From: Octopus sinensis
Taxonomy: Eukaryota
DNA: 64,000 bases
Assembly: GCF_006345805.1 (NCBI RefSeq)
Contig: NC_042998.1
Location: forward strand, 42,966,001 to 43,030,000
Direction: 5' to 3'
Part shown: positions 11,300-23,739 of the stretch, piece after piece
How positions within the stretch are numbered: position 1 is the stretch's first letter
How the letters are laid out: every line of letters starts with the position of its first letter
The notes under the pieces: generated by a model
Database searches by the model: none
What the model saw: only the letters and a program-made list of their open reading frames with translations
Told to the model about the DNA's origin: nothing
Program-made: the position numbers and the translations under genes

Positions 11300-13010
11300 T
11301 TCGATAAACTTCAATATTTGAAATACTGGCTGCCAAACCAACTAGATACCAACAGATAAGAAGTTAGACAAAACAGATCTATTCTGCGGCGTTTGATCGG
11401 TGCAGTTATTTTCCTCGGTCGTCAGGAATTATCATTTCGGTATCATTTTGAATCCAAAGAATCCAATAATTGCAGATGTTATAATGAAGCCTTATATTTA
11501 ATCAGTAAATATGACGGAAGATTGGCGAGCTAGCTTGATACAGTTTCTGTTTTCTCAAGTCTCTCATACGCAATTCAAAATGACTTGGTTGGATGAAATA
11601 GAAAATGAACTGAAGCAGGCTAAATTCGTAGCTATTTTTATAGATGAAATATCCGATGTATTGAATATTCACAACTGTCAATTGTTTTACATCATGTTAT
11701 TAAAGAACGGTTTATCGATTTTAATGATGTTAGAGCAGATTGTTCAGCAAATGCTTTGTCTGAACATGTTTTTAAATGCATTGAAACTTGGAAGTGCGGA
11801 AACAAATTAATTGCACTTACCTACGATGGTGCCGCTACAATGGCAGGACAGTTAAATGGGTTTCAGTCAAAAATAAGAGAGAAATATGAATGTGCGATCT
11901 TTGCTCATTGCTGTACTCATGTCCTAAATTTAGTTCTTTCGCAAGCATGCTCTGCTATAAAAAAATTGCGAGATATTTTTTTTTCACACATTAAATGGAT
12001 TGGGTACATTTTTTTTACGAAATCACGTAAAAGGCTTAGTGCGTTAAATATTTTCCAAAACTAGATGGAAATGCTCCTCACGTCTCGTTCTCACTATAGA
12101 AGAAAATTGTAATTTCACAGCCAGCCTTTTTGAAGACATCATTGAAAATCCTGAAGCATGGGATGAGACCACAATATATTCTGCTATGAAATTCTTACAA
12201 AATTTAAAAGCTCTCGATTAAAAAGTTTTTTATTAGAAGTATTTAGTGATATATATTCTTTCATTGATAGCTTATTTAACGTCCTTCAAGCTAAAAGTCA
12301 TAACATACGTAATATATTGTAAAGAGCAAATAGAAAAACTAGAACCATGCTCAAAAATAAACTCGATGATTTTTCAATATTTTATGATATGTTAGGAGGA
12401 AAATATGGAATCGAAAGTAAGAGATCCGGGAATAAATTTGTTGATCTCCAACAACATTATAGAATGCTCTATAACAAAATTATTGACACAGTAGTTGACC
12501 AATTAAAAATGCGATACTCAATACTCATCCTTAGAAGAGTTTAAATTCATAGAACTTTTCAATTTCAGCAAAGTGAGGAATATCGCAAAAACTTTCCAGT
12601 GGATGCTTTAGATTCTTTAAAAGCTGCTTATAGTTATTTTGACATAATACGATTACCGAATGAACTAAATATTTTTTTTTATTTTATGCAAGATTTTAAA
12701 AAGCAAAATTTGAGTAATTTAATGCATTACATTGGACCAATGATCTGATTGAGGCTATGTCAGAACTCTTAAATCTTTGCAACCTTATTTTGACAATTCA
12801 GTCTACAACTGCCTCTGTAGTGCGGGTCTTTACATTGAATTAAAACTTACCAAAGAAATACAATAGGAGAGAAAAGACTTTCAAGGCTGACTCTTATGTC
12901 AATTGAAAAGGATTTACTTCAACAATTGATTAAAATAGAAGATTTCTATGACAATGTGATAAATAAATTTGCTCTGAAAGATCGAAGAACTTTATTGAAT
13001 TGTAAATAAT
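11300..13010 (+). pseudogene. hAT transposase pseudogene (ZMYM1-like), multiply frameshifted
   Basis: Motifs FVAIFIDEISDV, TYDGAATMAGQLNGFQSKIREK, AHCCTHVLNLVL, and C-terminal dimerisation-like KTYQRNTIGEKRLSRLTLMSIEKD...VINKFA. Confidence 0.9.
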
Positions 13011-13139
13011 AATTCTTTGTACATCTTTTTAAAAAAATTTACACGCATTAAAACAGAGACCATCATGGCCATGTTACGGTACTAATTTGGTTCTCTTAAT
13101 TAAACAAATTCAAAAGTGAATCAGGTCAACCAGTAAGTA

Positions 13140-14370
13140 GGAGGATGGGTTGAAAAGTTCATAGGCTGTCTATGAAGGAATGATGCTAGAAATCCTGAAT
13201 GCATTCATTTCAACTCATATTAATAACTGCATTTTTTTTTCTTTCAGGTAAACTGACATCTGACTGTTCAAAGGAGACTTCAAATGTAACTAGTAGCAAC
13301 TTCTCTCGAAAATAAATAAAATTTAGCTTCGTAGTGATATCGCGTACTTTCAGAAAAAGGCTTTAGTCCTCAAGGACGTTCATGTTGACATGATTGCTAC
13401 ATTACAGGATAACGCTCCAGCTTTATCAACAGTGCAAAAGTGAGCAGCTAAGTTTAGGAGGGAAAGAGAGAGTCTTGAAGATGATCCAAGGTCTGGACGT
13501 CCCACAACTGCCATCACCGAGGAAAACATTGATCGTGTTCACCGCATGTTAATGGATAACAGGTGATTGACTATAAATCAAATAGCCAATGTTATTAACA
13601 TATCCTGCGAGGGTTGAGAATATTCTGCACAATGAGCTTGGCATGACGAAGGTTCATGCTCGATAGGTGCCACGTCTTCTGACACTAATCAAAAGTACAC
13701 CAGGCCGATCTCATTACGGGAATATCTGACTTTGTTTGAGTCAGATCCAGTCAGTTTCCTTGAACGTTTCCTAACCTAGGATGTGTGTCGACTTCATCAC
13801 TTTGAACAGAAACAAAGAGGCAATCCATACAGTGGAAACACTCCTCTTCACTCGCCCCAAAGAAGACAGGATGATTTCATCTGCAGAGAAGGTGATGGCC
13901 TCAGTTTTTTGGAATGCAAAAGGCATTATGTTTATTGACTATCTTCAAAATGGTCACACCATCAACGGTGAGTTGTATGCCAACTTGCTAGGGCAGTTAC
14001 GAAAGGCTATCGAGACCAAACGCTCAGAAAAACTGATGAAGGGGTTCTTGTTCCACTAGGACAAGGTTTTAGTTCACAAGTCTTTGGATTCAGTGGCTGC
14101 TGTGCGTGACTGGTTTTGAACTGGTTGATAACCCTCTCAATTTTAGTGATTTGGTTCCATCTGATTGTCATCTGTTTCCCAACGCCTGTATTGCTATGAT
14201 GATGACATTTTTGACCAACAGGATAGCTTCTTCACCAATGTGATCGAAGCACTGCAACACTGATGAAACTGTATGGACAGTAAAAGGGACTATGTTAAAA
14301 AATGAACTTCATTTGGTCACATTCCATGAAAGCATCTTACTCAGCCTATGAACTTTTCAGCCGACCTTCA
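13140..14370 (+). mobile_element. Full-length decayed mariner transposon
   Basis: TA-flanked TIRs (GAGGATGGGTTGAAAAGTTCATAGGCTG / CAGCCTATGAACTTTTCAGCCGACCTTC). Remnants include LEDDPRSGRP and KVMASVFWNAKGIMFIDYLQNGHTING, with many stops. Confidence 0.92.
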
Positions 14371-14402
14371 TAATAATAAAAATTATTATTATACCTGCAT
14401 TT

Positions 14403-14615
14403 AAGGCGACGCACTGGCAGAATCGTTAGCACGCCGGGTAAAATGCTTAGCAAAATGTCGTCCGTTTTTACGTTCTGAGTTCAAATTCTGCCGAGGTCAA
14501 CTTTGCCGTTCATCTTTTAAGGGCCAATAAATTAAGTAACAGTCAAGTACTGGAGTCGATGTGATCGACTATTCCTACCCCAAAATTCCAGGCCTTGTGC
14601 CTATAGTAGAAAGGA
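14403..14615 (+). mobile_element. Meta-like SINE
   Basis: Same head and central domain as 3789-4019. Confidence 0.8.
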
Positions 14616-15044
14616 AGAGAAAAGACTGTGCCGGCATTTGTTTTAATATCAACATTGAAAAAATCCACTTATTTTTCATTTAAAATTTTGGACCTTTTTC
14701 ATTCCCGGGTCACTGCAGGTAAATCTTTTCCAACATTCAAATGTTTTCCAGTCCTCCGTTTCAGTTAACTTTTTCTCAACTGCAACTTTAATCTTTATGC
14801 TCTCCAACGCTGCTGGCTGTTGCTCATTACATCAAGCTGTTTCTGCAAAAAGAAAACATCAAAAAATCGTGAAATTTAGTCCGAACACCCTGTATAGTTA
14901 CGATGAAGTATTTTGATTTGAGATTACGAAATCATAATTGTGTATACATTACTAATCTCAAGCTACCCTGACTACAGTCACGGATAAATTTCCATAAATT
15001 TTGTACTTGTTCTACACCAGAATGATGAGATAATACATACACAC

Positions 15045-15420
15045 ACGACGGACTTCCGCACAGTTTTCGTCTACCAAAATTACTTACAAGACATTTGTCG
15101 ACTGGAAGCTATAGTAGAAAACCCGTGTCCAAGTTGCTGCGTAGCGGGACAAAACCCGAAACCACATGTTTGCAAAGCGAACTTTTAACCATGCAGCCAT
15201 GCCTGCGCCTATAGCCATGCCTGCGCCTATAGCCATGCCTGCGCCTATGGCCATGCTTGTGCCTTTAAAATCGATTACATCGGTCCCACTGCTCAGCTGG
15301 TACTTAGTTTATGGATCCTAAAAGGATGAAAGCCGGTAGGATTTGAACTCAGAGCGTAAAGAGACGGGAAAATGCTACTAAGCATTTTCCCCCGACATGC
15401 TAACAGTTCTGCCAGCCCGC
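15045..15420 (-). mobile_element. Adjacent CORE-like SINE head and Meta-like SINE fragment
   Basis: Family motifs present. An 18-bp tandem repeat GCCATGCCTGCGCCTATA (about 4 copies, 15196-15264) marks the SINE 5' end. Confidence 0.65.
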
Positions 15421-15424
15421 TTTC

Positions 15425-16600
15425 TCTTGCAAAATCGTCATTAAATTCAATAGGATATCGCTGGATTAACACTTTCGCTTTTTTCCCATACTTTCAGACA
15501 TTGTGAAATATCTCAACCGTTTACGTAGAGTTAATCCTACCATAACATTATCAGTCAAACCATAAAACGCAGATTATCTGAAGTGGGCTTCTTTTTGCGA
15601 ATCACATATATCAGCCATTTCCCTCTAGTTGGCATCAATGTGTTATGCCGTTGAGTGTTCGTCTTAGCTTTCAGCTCTTGCCATTCCGCTTACAATAAGA
15701 GATTTTGATTTCCATTTCAAAATCTCGCACCAACTTTTTGGCTTCATTCCAGATACTTTTCCAATTGTTTCGTAACTTCACCAACCCTTCAAGGAGGTTC
15801 TAAATGTTAGATATTTCCACATGCTTATTAATCCATTCAATGCATTCCTTTTCCTTGGCTGTTAAGCTTGAAATACTATTCGAATACCAGCAAGGTGAAA
15901 CAAAAGTTTTGATATCTTCTAGTCTGTCAGATTACATGATGTCTGATATACTGTGAATAGAACAACTCACGCCATTTATAAATAACTTCCATAATTTAAC
16001 ACTAAATGAGTTATAAACTGTTTACACTGTTATAAAATATGTTATGCCGTCCGGTGTACACTCAGCTGCGCCAATGCCTGCCACAAGGGGAAAAGATGAC
16101 CATTGAATACTGATCAAGTATTTTCGCATGAGTGCCATTATATTTTCGTGCCATGTTAGTACCGTTGTTATATATTTGCATCATATGTTCTTCCGAGGTG
16201 TCCATAATTAAACGAGCAATTTCTTTTCTATGTTTATTGCTACAATATGCGAACCTGAATCATTCTTGTACCTTATACCTACCGTCTTTTAATTTAACAT
16301 ATATTAACCTAAACATTGTCTGCTCAACGCGGGAGGTATCTTAGAGGTGCATCTACAGTGGCTGCAAACAATTTTTGAAGACTGCCTCACAAAATTAGAA
16401 CATTCTGAAACCAACTCATTCTGCTATGTAGGAGATAGGTAGGGAACTTAATATTGCTCTACATGTAGCACATGCCCTGGGAGATAAGGATTCCATCTTC
16501 ACAGCAGTTCTAAGAAGTTTCCATTTTTTAATCGCCAATTTGATGTGATGACCCATTAAAATGAAGAACAATATCAGTCATGTACGTTGCGCTATTTTCC
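15425..16600 (-). pseudogene. Second hAT transposase pseudogene (ZMYM1-like), heavily decayed and absent from the ORF track
   Basis: Manual minus-strand translation gives YVKLKDGRYKVQE*F, QIYNNGTNMARKYNGTHAKILDQYSMVIFSPCG, AAECTPDGITYF and EAHFR..FYGLTDNVMVGLTLR. These match the hAT YDNGANM.GKYNG and PCxxH regions. Confidence 0.75.
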
Positions 16601-16775
16601 TGCGTCAGTTCGGATAGGTGCTTCTAATAAAGTATCAGCAACTTTCCCGGATAAAAGACGCCTTTTTACTGTTTTTGGTGTTACTGTTGCGGTTGCACTG
16701 TTTTCTTTTTTTATCCATAAAGTTTGCAGCCTTTTTGGTGGTAGGATTATCATTATATGATTCGTTTTTTTTAAA

Positions 16776-16777
<2 letters not shown>

Positions 16778-16854
<77 letters not shown>

Positions 16855-16855
16855 T
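16778..16855. repeat. (ATT)n microsatellite
   Basis: Direct observation. Confidence 0.95.
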
Positions 16856-17542
16856 TTACTTCGATGATGGTTTGCTATGATAATCTCTTTCTTGTCATTT
16901 AACTAGAAATCGAAGAGGTAGAATACACACTGGTTGATAAAACTGTGTTTGCATTATTTGTGTTCGTGTTGTTTGGAGAAAGAGAACATTCGCATGAGGC
17001 TTTCTATTTCGAAGGTAGTAATTAAACCTCTTAGTTGACACGGTAGCGATTTGGGTTTTTACTCTGAAGTTCCTGTTTACTGCTTTGTCGTTGGCATTGT
17101 AATTGTAGCTCTGGCTACAAGGTGGGGGCAGAGTAATTTTGCGTTAGGACGGAAATCACTCTGGTAGATGGTGCTACCGCGAGTGTAACACCTGTCTGGA
17201 TCTTTAGCATGTTTTCCGGTGTGAAAAACCTTTGCTCCTCTATAAAGAGATATCAACCTAGTTCTTGCGTGGGAAGGGTAGATGTCATGCTAATAATTTC
17301 TCCATGCATTCCCCAAATCATGCTACTTTAAGTATCATATTACAAATCATCATTTCGCTTATTCGCCAATTGAAATACAACGGAAGTCACAAATATTCTA
17401 AAGGCTGTTGAAAGAGCGCTGATGAGTGTATATGTAAATGTATGTATTTCTATGGGTATGGGTGTGCACTGAGTTATATATTGGTGCTTAATTACCTTTC
17501 AACAGCCTCAGCATTACGCATAAGCGCATTATCTTCTTTCAC

Positions 17543-17614
17543 TATGTATGTATGTATGTATGTATGTATGTATGTACGAACATACCTGTGTGTGTGTATA
17601 CATACATACATACA

Positions 17615-17648
<34 letters not shown>

Positions 17649-17930
17649 CAAACGTGTGTGTGAGTCATTTTCCCATCGTTGTGGAGGCTTTCCACGACAT
17701 CTCTTGAATACCATTCGGCAACTGCGACGTCTACGGCCAGAGGAACTTGTGCTTTCGGTATTCTCCTCTCCTTTCTCGAATTATCTCGCTTGGAATATGC
17801 TCTCGCAATCAACATATGATAGGCTGGTCGATATAGTGATACACATACACATACACTATATGTGTGTGTGTGTATGTATGCATATAAATATATATATATG
17901 TATATATATATGTATATATATGTATGTATA

Positions 17931-17981
<51 letters not shown>

Positions 17982-18264
17982 TATATATAATATATATATA
18001 TATATATACTTACATACAAGGAGAAAGAGACGAGGAGGCAAGAGAGATAATAGACAAAGAGATTTGTATTGAATTAGTATTGAGAATTATTGAGATTTAT
18101 TGTCATTAGCATTGTAAATCTCCAGTATAATAGTTTAATACAGTGGACAAAGAGTTATGTTAATCTCCTGAAAACAATACAATAGCTATTAGCCGCAGCA
18201 GCAACATGCACTAAACACTAATAAAGTAATTTGGTCGCAAATCCAATATACTTGTGTATGTGTA

Positions 18265-18324
<60 letters not shown>

Positions 18325-18325
18325 T
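17543..18325. repeat. Compound (TATG)/(CATA)/(TA)/(TG) microsatellites with short unique islands
   Basis: Direct observation. Confidence 0.9.
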
Positions 18326-18550
18326 TTGTGTCGGTGTTTGTCTCCCACCACCTCTTGTCAACCGCTGTTGGGGTGTTTACATTCCAGTAACTTGGCGGTT
18401 CAGCAAAGAGACCGATAGAATAAGTACGAAGCTTTAAAGTAAGTACTGGAGTCGATTCACTCGACTAAAACAAAAAAAAAAAAAGCTTTTGAAGGCGGTA
18501 CCCCAGCATGGCCGCAGTCTAATCACTGAAACAAGAAAAGGATAAAAGAT
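18320..18550 (+). mobile_element. CORE-like SINE, 3' half
   Basis: GTAACTTGGCGGTTCAGCAAAGAGACCGATAGAATAAGTAC...CCAGCATGGCCGCAGTC. Confidence 0.75.
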
Positions 18551-18756
18551 TTATCTATTTAAAAACCATTGCATGCTAATTTAAGTAGCCGGAATGTTAA
18601 CCAGAGGTTTAGTGACAAGTCTTCTCAGATATCAAGAATATTAGCAGAATAGAGGAGAGTACTTCTCTGCAACTCAACAACATGACTCATTCAACTTCTT
18701 AGGTATCAGTTTTGGTGTTGTGCCGAGTCCTCTAGTTAAAAACGGGAGCAAAGAAG

Positions 18757-18966
18757 ACGGCGAACTGGCAGAATCGTTAGCATGCCGGGCAAAATGCCAC
18801 GCGGTATTTCGTACGGCTTTACGTTCTGAGTTCAAATGCCACCGAAGTCGACTTTTGCCTTTCATCCACTCGGAGTTAATAAAATAAGTACCAGGCGAGC
18901 ATTGGGGTCGATGTAATCGACTAGTCTCCTCTCGAGGAATTTCAGGTCTTGTACCTATAGTAGAAA
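18757..18966 (+). mobile_element. Meta-like SINE
   Basis: Family head and central domain. Confidence 0.8.
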
Positions 18967-18984
18967 CGGTAATAGTTCCACTCT

Positions 18985-19862
18985 AGCGTTCTATAGAGGG
19001 TTAGTGGAAGAAAAGTGCGACGACGTTCTCGGGGAAACTCTAGGCGTTGACGATATCGAGTTCAGCGGTCTGTTCGGAAGGACCAATGGATAATTTCCAG
19101 AGGTTGCTCGCCTGGCAGTGCTACCGAGGGGCACTGCCTGTTCGGGATAAACTCTATCGGCACGGAAGTGCCGTCAGCCGGTCCTGTCCGAGGTGCTGCC
19201 AGGACGACGAAACCGTTCTGCACGCACTCGTCCAGTGTCCGAGTATTACTGAACTATGGGTTTATGTCGAACAGCTACTGTCGCGTATAGGACGGATCCG
19301 GCTATCAGTTGGATCCATAGTGAAGATTGCCCCGCCGACCTCCTTTAACCGGGAGGGCAAGGCAGTTTTCCTTTGCCTGGTGGCTGTAGCGAAAGAGGTA
19401 GTATGGTGGACCCGTTTGAAAGGGCTGAGGTCAGACACTTTCCTCTTTGGCCCAGGCCTCATCAACTTTTTCAAGTTTCACTTGAAAAGGAAGGTGAGAG
19501 TAGAGAGGGAAGTGCTGTTCAATGGCAAGTTTACGGAAAGGTGGATAAATGTCGCAAGAATGGCCAGTGTGAACGGACCAATTCTGAGGATTCACCTGTA
19601 ATTTAAAAATGTAATATGAAAGAAGAAAGGGGCTCTCTACTCCCCTTTTGACCAGGCTCCCGTGGCTTTTATGGGGTTTTCCACCAGGAAACTTTCGAAG
19701 CGCCTCCCCCTTTTGGGAGTTTTTCATTGTTAAATATTTTCGTTGTTACACTGTTTTTACAAGGATTTTTACAAACGGACAAAACTCTTTGTAACTTTCG
19801 TCCTGTGTTTTCTCCCTTTATGTTATAATTAATTTTTTTCAGCCCTTGTGACCAATAAAAAA
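18985..19862 (+). mobile_element. 5'-truncated L1/Tx1-clade LINE, with ORF2 C-terminal zf-RVT region at 19047-19601
   Basis: LAWQCYRGALPVRDKL...CPRCCQDDETVLHALVQC (CCHC zinc finger), then a 3' UTR ending in AATAAA at about 19854 next to (ATT)n. Confidence 0.9.
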
Positions 19863-19916
<54 letters not shown>

Positions 19917-20703
19917 GAGTGAGAGAGCAGTGCATGCCATCAAAGTGACACTGGGGTAAAATATTCGAAGCCCAGTATACCCATCATGACTACCTGTCCA
20001 ATAAGGGTACACTAGGCACATGCATTACAACCATATGTGCGCGACATGGTGATCTCATATCAAGATAAACAGCGCATGACCTTGCAGGTGGGGGCCCAGT
20101 TAGAATTTTCTTCTGGTCGAGTGGCCCATCCCGCTCAAAAGGTCCCTGAACAAGGATTGTTTAAGGATGTTGAACGAACCACCCATGTTTCCAAAGGTGA
20201 ATTGCATGCGATCAAAGTGACACTGGGATAAAATATACGAAGCCCAGTATACCCACCATGACTACCCGTCGATAAGGGTACACCAGGCACATTCATCACA
20301 ACCATATGTGATCTCATATCAAGATAAACAGCGCATGACCTTGCAGGAGGGTCCCAGTTAGAATTTTCTTCAGGTCAAGTAGCCCATCCCGCTCAAAAGG
20401 ACCCTGAATAAAGGTTGTTTAAAGATGTTGAAGAAACACCCATGTTTCGAGAGGTGAATTATCCAAGCCCCAAAGAATTCCTTTCAACACATGGCTATGA
20501 TTCTCCCCCACTACTTCTGCTCGTGATCTGAGATGTACATATCGTCAGCCACTAAGGGATATGCTCATCTGGTTAAAGTCAAACAACTGACAAGCAAATC
20601 TGTGGTTTTAAGCAGAATATTTGTTGTAACTCATCTTTTATACCAAGACAAAACAAGGTACACGATAGCATTTCCAATCAGTTGAGATAATAAACCATGA
20701 GAG
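19917..20703 (-). mobile_element. (AAT)n-associated non-coding dispersed repeat with an internal duplication of about 280 bp
   Basis: Reverse complement of 41551-42105. About 19930-20205 is repeated at about 20205-20460. The far end is cut off by a SINE. Confidence 0.8.
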
Positions 20704-20704
20704 C

Positions 20705-21086
20705 AAGGCGGCGAGCTGGCAGAAACGTTAGCACGCCGGGCGAAATGCGTAGCCGTATTTCGTCTGTCGTTACGTTCTGAGTTCAAATTCCGCCGAGGTC
20801 GACTTTGCCTTTCATCAATTCGGGGTCGATTAAATAAGTACCAGTTACGCACTGGGGTCGATATAACCGACTTAATCCGTCTGTCTGTCTTTGTTTGTCT
20901 CCTCTGTGTTTAGCCCCTTGTTGGTAGTAAAGAAATAGGTATTTCGCCAGTCGCTACGCTCTGAATTAAAATTCCACCGAGGCCGACTGTCCTTTCATCC
21001 TTTCGGGGTCGATGACATAAGTAACAATTACGCACTGGGGTCGATATAACCGACTAGCCCCCTTCCCCCAAAATGTTCAAGGCCTT
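20705..21086 (+). mobile_element. Young Meta-like SINE followed by a partial second copy
   Basis: CpG-intact head AAGGCGGCGAGCTGGCAGAAACG. A second body starts at about 20940. Confidence 0.85.
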
Positions 21087-21183
21087 GTGTCAACAACAGC
21101 AGCAACAACAATAATAATAATAATAATAATGATGATAATAATGATAATAATAATAATAATAATAGTTGTTGTTGTTGTTGTTA

Positions 21184-21238
<55 letters not shown>

Positions 21239-21414
21239 GTACTTTTATGTTATGTACTGTTACTTTTTCAAGTCAAAAACACAGGATGTCTGTTAAACAT
21301 ATTAAACAAGTACAACGAACTGTAACTTTAATTAGGAATATCTGAGGCGACTCCATCTGCTGGAGTTATGGTAATGGTGCATAGTGGTTATGTTCCACAT
21401 GTTACCCACAATGA

Positions 21415-21557
21415 GATCTATTCCATCTCAATCGCAGATTTTTAAATTAATTTTTTTAACTAAACAGTTTGAAAATTCTACCAGTATTCGAAGTTTCAAA
21501 CTGTTTAGTTAAAAACAAAATTAATTAAAAAATCCGTGATTGAGATGGAATAGATTC
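21415..21557. mobile_element. Palindromic mini-MITE related to 25849-26655
   Basis: ATCTATTCCATCTCAATC...GATTGAGATGGAATAGAT arms. Shares ATTCTACCAGTAT(T/A)CGAAGTTT with the large foldback. Confidence 0.7.
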
Positions 21558-21709
21558 GTAAGACTAGATGTCTAATCAGGTAATTAGTGTGAATATGTGT
21601 GCGTGTGTGTGTGTGCGTGCATTATCTTTGCCTTTCATGATGGTACAATAATGAATTCGCAGGAATATTAATATTTATAGCTAATGAGTGTCACGAAATA
21701 TATTTATTA

Positions 21710-22065
21710 TCTCTCTATATATAAACGGCAAATTGTCTGTGTATGTGTGTGTGTGCGTGTCCTTTATACAAATCCACAATTTTTCAGTTAGAGGGCTCAC
21801 ACTTTCTATGGTCATTCACAACCGTCGAAGGGTGGTCGTGCATATCTTTACATTTCCCCAGTCACCCTGCAAAGCCATTAAAAAATCAATAGAAGTGACT
21901 TTTTGTGAATTTTCTATCCAAAACCCAATCAAAATGCCCGAAACTTGATATGCCAATTGAATGCCAGCTAGCTGTATGTGATTGGTCGGAGATTTGGACA
22001 GTACTCGCGTGTATGTGCGCACGCACGCAACTGTATGACCCGGCGTTGCTGGGTCATAGTGCTAG
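21710..22065 (+). mobile_element. Non-autonomous Helitron
   Basis: A|TC start, 3' hairpin GACCCGGCGTTGCTGGGTC, then CTAG|T end. Confidence 0.85.
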
Positions 22066-23149
22066 TAATATTTAAGTTATAGAGCAAAATTTGCATGCTT
22101 CGTATATATGTGGCTGATATCTTGTGTATAATTCTGACCTATAGAAAAGTTTATGTACATTATACACTGTGGAAGGCAAAGAATATGCTATAATAAATAA
22201 TAACAGTTTATTGAACGTAGACACACTAACATTATTAATGCATTCTTTGGTACAATTCTTAAAATAAACGCTGCCTGGAAGTTATTTTAGTGGCAATTAA
22301 GATCTTAGATAAGATGCCTTAACTCATAAATATTTTATGGATTTTAATTCCACAGATGATTGTACCTTAAAGTTACATTTGACGATAAATAAATAAAAAA
22401 TGGGTATGCGGGTATTTTGAAAATGCCTCACGGAGCGACGACCTTGCCGTGTATAGTTATAGGTTGCCTTTTGGCAAAGCGTGGCACCCGTTCAGTCAAC
22501 CTGCCAGGGATGCGGTAATGTCACGGGACGGCAGCATGGTGCATTGTGAAGAGGTAGCAGACGAGCTCAACTGAGCCGACGGTGCTTCTTACTTACATTG
22601 ATGCTGAGCGGAGGAATCCTGGAAGATCAACGGTAAGGATCACCAAGTTGTATCAAGAGAGTAACTGCAACGTATCCATAGGGTTTACATCCATGGTTGT
22701 CTAATCTGCTAATGAAAGATTCACTATGACTCAAGCTCCCAGTTAAAATTCATAATAATGGAATTGGATGGCAACAAAGAGTCATGCAAATCTGCGAAAG
22801 CAACGAAGAAAACAACAAAACAAAACAAAAAAGAAAAAAAGAAACACGCTTGATTAAATTTACATCTTTTCGAAATCTTGCTGCGTATACTGTTTATTCT
22901 CTTGTGTAAAGAAATTGGTCTGAGTGTCTGAAGCACTTGAACTCGTTGCTCTATTTCTCGTTTCTTCATTGTCAAAGCAAATCGTCTTGTTCCTCTTTCA
23001 TTGCATTTGAAATGCTATATTTAACGACAGTTTTTACATGAACACCGCCTCAAGACTTATCATGAAATCTTTCAAAACATTCAATGAAGGAACTTACATG
23101 ACAAGAGTGATTTTTCTCGTCAACCACCTATTTTTTTTTCAAATGTTGG

Positions 23150-23400
23150 CCTGAGAATTGAACAATAATGGAAGAACGTAAAGCAGCTTATACATGAAAT
23201 AGCTTCTAGGCTAAGCCAAGCTCAAACATTAGGATTGGTTCGATGAAACGATCAAGACATTGCAAAACTCATTGACATAATGCCCTCTGTTCATAAGGAG
23301 TACGTCTCAACCAAATCATCAGCTGGGGCGAAGGTCATGTACCATACAAGTAGATCAAATATCGTACAACATAAATTCTTGATTTATTAATACTATCTCC
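23150..23400 (+). mobile_element. Decayed RTE LINE fragment (linker between endonuclease and RT)
   Basis: Translates as WKNVKQLIHEIAS and LG*AKLKH*DWFDE..DQDIAKLID, resembling the RTE/BovB-like KHQDWFDEND motif. Confidence 0.6.
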
Positions 23401-23739
23401 GGTTCTATAGGATGCATTATAATTACCAAATGGCAGTTATGAGCTCTACTTGAGGAGGGGAGATAATTTCTAGAATCAATAATTCTCCAAAATTGACATG
23501 CCAACAAGGAAAAGGACAGCCTTATTGTCTTGCGATAAGAGAATAGTCGTGAACACGTGTTTCTGGCTCAATAGCCGTCACGAACACGAGAATTATCCAA
23601 CCTTATTTCCAATAGCGAAGAGATTTAGACGTATATATAAAAAAGAATAGAACACTTTTATGGTTTAAGTGATTTGCATAATTTAAACAAAAATTACATG
23701 CTATCCAGAGCATTACTCAGAGTTTGTCCTAGTCCAGTG

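Larger units (their letters stand above)
10266..14892 (-). mobile_element. Decayed Tc1/mariner-superfamily element hosting nested insertions
   Basis: TA-flanked imperfect TIRs, CGGTATGTTCGGACTAAGTT at 10266 and AATTTAGTCCGAACACCCTG ending at 14892. Minus strand at about 10530-10600 reads PNIWSPYSPDCNHIDYYVWGA, matching the WPPxSPDxNPxDY motif. Pairing of the two ends is inferred. Confidence 0.55.
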
